64,000 nucleotides of DNA from Chitinophagales bacterium (GTDB lineage Bacteria; Bacteroidota; Bacteroidia; Chitinophagales; LD1), in the NCBI GenBank assembly GCA_044226285.1, contig JBGAHI010000008.1:145140-209139 (forward strand), given 5' to 3'. Position 1 is the first letter of the stretch. Each line of letters begins with the position of its first letter. Of the stretch, positions 57,935 to 64,000 are shown piece by piece. A model generated the notes under the pieces. The model ran no database searches. It was given only the letters and a program-made list of their open reading frames with translations, and was not told the origin of the DNA. A program made the position numbers and the translations under genes.

Positions 57935-59899
57935 TTACCAGCTCAAATCGTTATCGAACTTAGGTTCGAAGATTGTTGGATTTGATTTCTTCGGTTTTGT
58001 TTTCGGTGCGCTGTTTGAATCGTACGTTTTTTCTTTCGGACGATCAGAGAATGAAGTACTGTTAGTCATAGGTTTGCGCTCACGTTTTTTGAAACCTGTA
58101 TCGCCTCCTTTATCACCACCGTATGATTTCTTTTCGAATGATCCTCTTCCGCTATCTGCAGATTTTCCATAAGGTTTGCGTTCGCGAGAATCGCCATCGT
58201 TTCTACGTGGTGGGAAATCGCTGCGTTCTCTGCGTTCGAAGTTACCTCCACGTCCGCCTTCGCTTCTGCCAAATCCTCCTTCGCTTCTGCCGAAGCCTCC
58301 GCCTCCGCTGCCATCTTTTTCTTTCGCACGAGTAATCAATGGTTTTCCTGAACCTCTTGGTTTTGCAAATGCTGCTAGCAATTGTTCGCCTTCGTTGTGC
58401 GGAACTGTAATGAATGAAAACTCATCAAACAAACGAACATCGTTTATAGCTTTACCACTTACACCGCCTTCGGTTTCTAAAAATTCAACTAAAGCTTGCG
58501 GATTCATACCATGATTTCTTCCTTTTGCTACAAACAAACGAATACTACCATGTGATCCACGTCCGCCATTCACCGACATATCAGCTACTTCAGCATAATT
58601 TGTTTCACTCAATTCGTCTTTCACAGCATATTTCAACAATGCTGCTACTAATTCAGCGTGTGTAGTGCTTTCGCCTAACAACTCATCTGCTAATTCAGCA
58701 TATTCGTCTGTAGCTCCAAGCTCTAATAACACTTGAATTTTCTTTTTGAACGCTTGTTTTTTCACAGCAATTACATCTTGCACTGTAGGCAAAACTTCTT
58801 TGCGGATAACAGTTTTAGCGATTCGCTGAATGATAGCAATGTCGCGCATATCACCACGAGATACCAATGAAACTGCAATACCTTTTTTACCTGCACGACC
58901 GGTTCTTCCGATACGGTGTACATAAGCTTCAGGGTCTTGCGGTAATTGATAATTCACTACGTGTGTCAAATCGTTTACGTCAATTCCACGCGCAGCTACG
59001 TCTGTAGCCACCAATATTCTTAGTTTTTTTGCTTTGAAACTTTTCAAAATCAATTCGCGCTGAGACTGGGTCACATCTCCGTGAATGCCTTCAGTTTCAT
59101 AGCCTCTATCGTTCAAACGGCTCGACAACTGATCGGTTTCTACTCTGGTTTTACAGAATACAATACCGTAGAAATCAGGATTAGTGTCGATGATACGGCA
59201 CAATGCTTCGAAACGATCGCTATCGCGTATTTCGTAAAGCATTTGATCAACCATTACCGTTGTTACTTGTTCTTTCTGAACTTCAACTAACTCGTAACCC
59301 GGTTTAATGAATGTTTTCACTAAACGCAAAATATTAGGAGGCATAGTTGCCGAGAACAATAACATACGTCTGTCTTCCGGAACATCTTTCAAAATTTCAC
59401 GAACTTCTTCTTCGAATCCCATGTTCAACATCTCATCGGCTTCATCCAATACCATATATTTCACGGTGTTGAGTTTCAATGTTCCTTTGTTGATGTGATC
59501 TTGCACACGACCCGGTGTTCCAACCACAATCTGTGCGCCTTTGCGCAATCCACGAATTTGAATTTCGTATGATTGTCCGCCATAAATCGGCAATACCGAT
59601 AATTTTTTTCCACCGCGGAACGACATAATTTCTTCAGCCACTTGAACCGCTAATTCACGGGTAGGGCAAAGAATTAATGCCTGCACTTGTGAAGAATTTT
59701 CGTCCAAACGCTCAATCAAAGGCAATCCGAAAGCCGCTGTTTTGCCGGTGCCGGTTTGTGCTTGACCAACAACGTCTTTGTCGGTGCTTAATAATGTAGG
59801 AATGGTGCGTTCCTGAATGGGTGATGGTTTCGAAAAACCTTTTTTCTCTAGGGCAGCCAACGTACTTTCGCTGAGCCCTAATGCTCTGAATAATTCCAT
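57935..59899 (-). CDS. DEAD-box ATP-dependent RNA helicase (DeaD/CsdA-like) with DbpA RNA-binding domain and long Gly/Arg-rich basic tail
   Basis: 654 aa. Motifs AQTGTGKT, DEAD, SAT and HRIGRTGRAG. The tail reads GGGGFGRSEGGFGRSEGGRGGNF... Confidence 0.9.
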   Translation of the reverse strand: MELFRALGLSESTLAALEKKGFSKPSPIQERTIPTLLSTDKDVVGQAQTGTGKTAAFGLPLIERLDENSSQVQALILCPTRELAVQVAEEIMSFRGGKKLSVLPIYGGQSYEIQIRGLRKGAQIVVGTPGRVQDHINKGTLKLNTVKYMVLDEADEMLNMGFEEEVREILKDVPEDRRMLLFSATMPPNILRLVKTFIKPGYELVEVQKEQVTTVMVDQMLYEIRDSDRFEALCRIIDTNPDFYGIVFCKTRVETDQLSSRLNDRGYETEGIHGDVTQSQRELILKSFKAKKLRILVATDVAARGIDVNDLTHVVNYQLPQDPEAYVHRIGRTGRAGKKGIAVSLVSRGDMRDIAIIQRIAKTVIRKEVLPTVQDVIAVKKQAFKKKIQVLLELGATDEYAELADELLGESTTHAELVAALLKYAVKDELSETNYAEVADMSVNGGRGSHGSIRLFVAKGRNHGMNPQALVEFLETEGGVSGKAINDVRLFDEFSFITVPHNEGEQLLAAFAKPRGSGKPLITRAKEKDGSGGGGFGRSEGGFGRSEGGRGGNFERRERSDFPPRRNDGDSRERKPYGKSADSGRGSFEKKSYGGDKGGDTGFKKRERKPMTNSTSFSDRPKEKTYDSNSAPKTKPKKSNPTIFEPKFDNDLSW

Positions 59900-60047
59900 T
59901 TTACGTAAAAATGTTTTGAGGGAATAGTGTTGTATTCCTCCCGAGTTAATAAAAATGTCGCGGCAACTCGCCCAACCATTCTTCGTAAAAACGTAAATTA
60001 ACTCGCTGTGGAGAAGAATAACAGGCTTGCTGTTTGCTAATGCGGTG

Positions 60048-60055
60048 CAAATATA
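60048..60055 (-). promoter_or_regulatory. Candidate -7 box (TATATTTG on the minus strand) for the helicase, implying a ~140-nt 5' UTR
   Basis: The plus-strand sequence CAAATATA lies 149-156 nt upstream of the start at 59899. Confidence 0.3.
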
Positions 60056-60147
60056 CTACAATAAAGTTATAAACCAAATGTGGATTAACACTTCACACGA
60101 AAAAGATAGCTTGATGCTATATAAAAACTAAACGTAATTTAGCGGCA

Positions 60148-60711
60148 ATGAAAAAACGTATCGCCATTTTTGCATCCGGAAAAGGAAGTAATGCAAAGGC
60201 CATTATTGATTACTTTAAGAACAATGAAACAGTTGCAATTACTATGATTGCAAGCAACAACCCAAATGCAGGTGTTCTAGAAATCGCAAGACAAAATAAT
60301 ATCGACACGTTTATTTTTTCGAAAGAAGATTTGCAAAATGAGGACTTCTTTTTAAAAAAATTATCGAATGTCGATTTTATTGTATTAGCCGGATTTCTTT
60401 GGCTTATTCCATCTTTTTTAGTGAAACAATTTCCCAATCGCATCATTAATATACACCCTGCATTGTTACCGAAATATGGAGGAAAAGGAATGTATGGAAT
60501 GCGCGTGCATGAAGCAGTACACCAAGCAAAAGAGACAGAATCCGGCATCACTATTCATTTTGTGAATGAACACTATGATGAAGGAACTTATATCTTCCAA
60601 CAAAAAGTGACTATAGATGCAGATGACACTCCGCAAAGTATTGCCAATAAAGTACTTAAATTAGAACATGAGTTTTATCCACTTTGCATTCAAAATTTGT
60701 TGAATAAGTAA
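60148..60711 (+). CDS. purN: Phosphoribosylglycinamide formyltransferase
   Basis: 187 aa. Motifs KRIAIFASGKGSN, LAGFLWLIP and NIHPALLPKYGG. Confidence 0.9.
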   Translation: MKKRIAIFASGKGSNAKAIIDYFKNNETVAITMIASNNPNAGVLEIARQNNIDTFIFSKEDLQNEDFFLKKLSNVDFIVLAGFLWLIPSFLVKQFPNRIINIHPALLPKYGGKGMYGMRVHEAVHQAKETESGITIHFVNEHYDEGTYIFQQKVTIDADDTPQSIANKVLKLEHEFYPLCIQNLLNK

Positions 60712-60735
60712 TCGGTTTCTCTGTATCAAAAAGAA

Positions 60736-60743
60736 TACTTTTG
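60736..60743 (+). promoter_or_regulatory. Candidate -7 box (TACTTTTG) for purH
   Basis: Exact TAnnTTTG match, 21 nt upstream of ATG 60764. Confidence 0.35.
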
Positions 60744-60763
60744 CGCGCAAAACACACTCACCT

Positions 60764-62284
60764 ATGCGTACCAAAATAAAATCTGCACTTATTTCTGTTT
60801 ACTACAAAGATCGATTAGATGAAATCGTAAAGAAATTGTCGGCTTTAGGCGTAACCATTTACTCCACCGGAGGAACATTGAAATTCATTACTGACCTAGG
60901 CATTAAAGCGGAAGCGGTGGAAGACTTAACCGGATTCCCTGAAATTTTAGGCGGACGAGTGAAAACACTTCACCCAACAGTATTTGGTGGCATCTTAGCC
61001 AGACGAGACAATCCTACCGATCTACAACAATTGGAAGCACATAACATTCCGCAAATCGATTTAGTGATTGTGGATTTATATCCTTTCGAAGAAACAGTGA
61101 AAAGCACCACTGATGAGCAAACCATTATCGAGAAGATCGATATTGGTGGTATCTCATTGATTCGTGCCGCGGCAAAAAATTTCAAAGACACCATTATTGT
61201 TGCCGGTAGAGAAGATTATGGCTCGCTGATTACATTATTAGATGAAAAATATGGCGAAAGTGATATCGAAGACCGAAAACGCTTTGCAGTAAAGGCATTC
61301 ATGACTTCTTCGCATTACGATACGCAGATTTTCAACTACTTTAATCAAACACAAAACATTCCTTCGTTTAAACAAAGTTTCACCGATGCAAAGACATTGC
61401 GCTATGGCGAAAACCCTCATCAACAGGGCACATTCTATGGCAACTTGGATGAGGTTTTTGAAATATTGAATGGTCGTGAATTGTCGTACAACAACCTTGT
61501 TGACGTAGAAGCTTCAGTACAATTAGTAGCTGAGTTTTCTGAACCTACTTTTGCGATTATCAAACACACCAATGCCTGTGGATTAGCTTCTCGCGATACC
61601 ATTGTTGAAGCTTATAAAGCTGCTTTTGTTTGCGATCCAACATCTGCATTTGGTGGTGTTTTGGCTTCCAACAAAAAAATAGATGCAGCCACTGCAAACG
61701 AAATGAACAGCTTGTTCTTTGAAGTCCTTACTGCTACTGATTATGATGCAGATGCACTAGAAATTCTGAAAAGCAAAAAGAACAGAATCATCATAAAACA
61801 GAAAATAGCGATTAATAACCCTAAGATGTTCAAATCGCTTTTGAACGGGGTTTTAGAACAGGATACAGATAAAAGTGTAGAGTTAAGTGCAAGTTTCAAA
61901 ACAGCAACAACAGCGGCTCCAACAACAGCACAATTATCCGATCTAGAGTTTGCCATTATTGCCGTGAAACACTTAAAATCAAACGGCATTACCATTGTTA
62001 GAAACAAACAATTGATTGGCATGGGCTGCGGACAAACATCGCGTGTAGATGCTTTAGAATCGGCTATTAAAAAATCTAAAGGATTTGGCTTTGATTTAAC
62101 GGGTTCAGTGATGGCCTCAGAAGCATTCTTCCCATTCCCGGATTGTGTGAACATTGCGCATAGTGTTGGTGTGAAAGCCATCGCACAACCGGGAGGAAGT
62201 ATTAAAGATCAAGACTCCATTGATGCGGCTAACGCCAACGGTCAAGCGATGGTCTTTACAGGTGTAAGACACTTTAAACATTAA
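60764..62284 (+). CDS. purH: Bifunctional AICAR transformylase/IMP cyclohydrolase
   Basis: 506 aa. Motifs ALISVYYKD, GGRVKTLHP, DIGGISLIRAAAKN, and a C-terminal ...FTGVRHFKH. Confidence 0.95.
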   Translation: MRTKIKSALISVYYKDRLDEIVKKLSALGVTIYSTGGTLKFITDLGIKAEAVEDLTGFPEILGGRVKTLHPTVFGGILARRDNPTDLQQLEAHNIPQIDLVIVDLYPFEETVKSTTDEQTIIEKIDIGGISLIRAAAKNFKDTIIVAGREDYGSLITLLDEKYGESDIEDRKRFAVKAFMTSSHYDTQIFNYFNQTQNIPSFKQSFTDAKTLRYGENPHQQGTFYGNLDEVFEILNGRELSYNNLVDVEASVQLVAEFSEPTFAIIKHTNACGLASRDTIVEAYKAAFVCDPTSAFGGVLASNKKIDAATANEMNSLFFEVLTATDYDADALEILKSKKNRIIIKQKIAINNPKMFKSLLNGVLEQDTDKSVELSASFKTATTAAPTTAQLSDLEFAIIAVKHLKSNGITIVRNKQLIGMGCGQTSRVDALESAIKKSKGFGFDLTGSVMASEAFFPFPDCVNIAHSVGVKAIAQPGGSIKDQDSIDAANANGQAMVFTGVRHFKH

Positions 62285-62303
62285 AATACTCCGACCTTAG
62301 AGC

Positions 62304-62341
62304 AAAGAAAAAGCCCAATCAAATGATTGGGCTTTTTCTTT
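62304..62341. terminator. Bidirectional terminator (17-bp perfect stem)
   Basis: AAAGAAAAAGCCCAATC-AAAT-GATTGGGCTTTTTCTTT lies between convergent purH and rplQ. Confidence 0.75.
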
Positions 62342-62357
62342 ATAGCTTGATTTTGGC

Positions 62358-62861
62358 TTATTCAGCTGAATCTGTAGTTTCTTCAGTACTTGGAGTTTCA
62401 GTAGCTTCAGTAGATGTTGTTCCTTCCACTTTTTTACCTGCACGTCTTGTACGTTTTTTAGGAGCAGATGCTTTAGCAGCAGTTTTGTTTTGTGTGTAGA
62501 TTTCGTTGAAATCAACTAACTCAATCATTGCCATTTCAGCAGCATCACCGGCACGGAATCCCATTTTGATGATACGTGTGTAACCACCCGGACGATCGCC
62601 CACTTTCGCAGATACAACACCGAACAATTCTTTAATCGATTCTTTATTGTTCAAATAACTGAAAACAGTTCTTCTGTTGTGCGTTGTGTCGCCTTTTGAT
62701 TTTGTAATTAGCGGTTCAATATATCCTCTCAACGCTTTTGCTTTAGCAAGCGTAGTGATGATTCTTTTATGCTCAATCAATGCAGATGCAAGATTACTCA
62801 TCAATGCATGTCTGTGTGCTGTTTTTCTACCTAGGTTATTTACCTTATCACCGTGTCTCAT
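62358..62861 (-). CDS. rplQ: 50S ribosomal protein L17 (with Thr/Glu/Lys-rich C-terminal extension)
   Basis: 167 aa. Motif [25 protein letters not shown]...[10 protein letters not shown]. Confidence 0.95.
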   Translation of the reverse strand: MRHGDKVNNLGRKTAHRHALMSNLASALIEHKRIITTLAKAKALRGYIEPLITKSKGDTTHNRRTVFSYLNNKESIKELFGVVSAKVGDRPGGYTRIIKMGFRAGDAAEMAMIELVDFNEIYTQNKTAAKASAPKKRTRRAGKKVEGTTSTEATETPSTEETTDSAE

Positions 62862-62910
62862 GGCTTATTTTTTTCTTATGTTATCGTTTATCACCTGCTA
62901 AAGGTGTTTA

Positions 62911-63906
62911 TTAATCATCTAATTTTAATTTGCTCAAATCCATTCCGAAAGACAATCCTTTCTCGTGTAACAAGGCTTCGATTTCTACTAGAGATTTCTT
63001 ACCGAAGTTTCTGAATTTCAACAAATCGTTAGTATTGAAAGATACCAATTCTTCTAAAGAGTTAATTTTAGCAGCTTTCAAGCAATTGAAGGCACGAACT
63101 GAAAGATCCATATCTTCCAATGGTGTTTTCAATAATTTTCTCAAGTGAAGAACTGTTTCGTCCACCATTTCGTTTTCTACAGTTTGAGGTGTATCGAAAG
63201 TGATATTCTCGTCTGTAATCAACATCAAGTGTTGAATCAAAATTCTTGATGCTTCTTTAACAGCTTCTTCAGGATGAAGTGTACCATCTGTAGTTACATC
63301 TAAAACTAATTTTTCGAAATCGACACGTTGTTCAACACGGAAGTTTTCTACTGAATACTTAACGTTACGAATTGGTGTGTAGATAGAGTCGATAGCGATA
63401 AAACCAGCCGGTGCACCTTCTTTCGGTTTATTTTCGTCAGCTGGAACATAACCACGTCCTTTACTGATTGTTAACTCCACTTCCAAAGAAACACTTGGGT
63501 TCAAGTTACAAATCACGATATCCGGATTCATTACTTGGTACACATTCGTTTGCTTTTCGATGTGCTCGCCTTTAAATTGATCAACACCTTTAAGTGTCAA
63601 ATAGATTTTGTCGCTGTTGTTGTTATCGTCAATTACTTTTTTCAAACGAACTTGTTTCAAGTTCAAGATGATTTCAGTAACATCTTCATTCACACCTTTG
63701 ATCGTAGAAAATTCGTGGTCAACACCCGTGATTTTCACACCGCTCACAGCATAGCCTTCCAATGAAGAAAGCAAAACTCTTCTCAACGCGTTACCAACGG
63801 TAACACCAAAACCTGGCTCAAGGGGTTTGAATTCAAACGTTCCTTCGAAATCTGTAGATTTCTGTAAAACAATTTTATCGGGTTTTTGGAAGCTCAATAT
63901 TGCCAT
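62911..63906 (-). CDS. rpoA: DNA-directed RNA polymerase alpha subunit
   Basis: 331 aa. N-terminal-domain motif [12 protein letters not shown]. The C-terminal domain contains [14 protein letters not shown]. Confidence 0.97.
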   Translation of the reverse strand: MAILSFQKPDKIVLQKSTDFEGTFEFKPLEPGFGVTVGNALRRVLLSSLEGYAVSGVKITGVDHEFSTIKGVNEDVTEIILNLKQVRLKKVIDDNNNSDKIYLTLKGVDQFKGEHIEKQTNVYQVMNPDIVICNLNPSVSLEVELTISKGRGYVPADENKPKEGAPAGFIAIDSIYTPIRNVKYSVENFRVEQRVDFEKLVLDVTTDGTLHPEEAVKEASRILIQHLMLITDENITFDTPQTVENEMVDETVLHLRKLLKTPLEDMDLSVRAFNCLKAAKINSLEELVSFNTNDLLKFRNFGKKSLVEIEALLHEKGLSFGMDLSKLKLDD

Positions 63907-63934
63907 ACGTATATTCGGTTTAACGATTTAAAAA

Positions 63935-64000
63935 TTATTTAGAGTACAACTCTACAATCAACTGTTCGTTGATGTTTTCCGGAATCTGATCACGCTCAGG
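63935..64000 (-). CDS. rpsD: 30S ribosomal protein S4, C-terminal fragment (runs off the window)
   Basis: The minus-strand translation ends ...PERDQIPENINEQLIVELYSK*. Its position upstream of rpoA fits the conserved alpha operon. Confidence 0.8.
   Translation of the reverse strand, partial: PERDQIPENINEQLIVELYSK

Noticed and set aside
58066-58514. Pro-rich plus-strand ORFs (58123-58335, 58176-58514) and an alternative-frame minus ORF (58066-58329) in the helicase tail
   Set aside because: They are shadow frames of the Gly/Arg-rich repeat region of the DEAD-box helicase gene. The helicase frame is continuous from the conserved core.
59900-60147. Possible riboswitch (ZTP/purine class) upstream of purN/purH, or a cold-shock-type structured 5' UTR of the helicase
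   Set aside because: I could not find the conserved ZTP (pfl) or purine-riboswitch core sequences. Only a short hairpin is visible (GGAATA...TATTCC, ~59921-59948), along with repeated ACGTAAA words. That is insufficient to call an RNA element.
62358-62486. ~40-aa Thr/Glu/Lys-rich C-terminal extension of ribosomal protein L17
   Set aside because: The frame is continuous with conserved L17. Low-complexity tails on ribosomal proteins are common in Bacteroidota, so this is probably lineage-typical rather than novel.

Overview
This is an AT-rich chromosomal segment that looks like Bacteroidota (Flavobacteriia/Sphingobacteriia-like). The lineage call rests on T9SS type A and type B C-terminal sorting domains, a PorP/SprF gene, TAnnTTTG -7 promoter boxes, many lipoprotein signal peptides with a Cys, and a Sec-type (clade II) nosZ cluster. 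All protein calls come from motif recognition in the supplied translations; no database search was possible. I support about 55 CDS, one tRNA-Glu(UUC) and many hairpin terminators, several of them perfect bidirectional palindromes. I found no CRISPR, rRNA, transposase or integrase. Housekeeping genes: typA, carB, secA, rsgA, dtd, accC/accB, pgk, purN/purH, rplQ/rpoA/rpsD, pdxH and a DEAD-box helicase. Accessory modules, in order of position: (1) a tight six-gene minus-strand operon (ethanolamine-type APC permease, GS-like gamma-glutamyl ligase, Fe-ADH, C26 gamma-glutamyl hydrolase, ALDH, acyltransferase-3) predicting gamma-glutamyl-mediated catabolism of an amino alcohol. (2) A Kazal-type inhibitor lipoprotein co-transcribed with a T9SS-secreted protein. 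(3) A low-GC orphan gene pair flanked by a GC-rich multi-hairpin element and a G-quadruplex-type G-tract array. (4) A membrane di-iron fatty-acid-hydroxylase-superfamily enzyme fused to two CDGSH Fe-S motifs, divergent from an archaeal-type GGGPS/PcrB prenyl-glycerol-phosphate synthase. (5) Three tandem paralogous lipoproteins. (6) A complete clade II nitrous-oxide reductase cluster (Rrf2 regulator, cytochrome c, nosZ, membrane protein, nosL, nosD, nosF, nosY) with an internal terminator after nosZ. (7) A 1506-aa SBBP/PKD adhesin with a type B T9SS domain, paired with PorP/SprF. The hydroxylase-CDGSH/GGGPS pair and the amino-alcohol operon are the best candidates for under-described biology. 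Both remain inferences from sequence.
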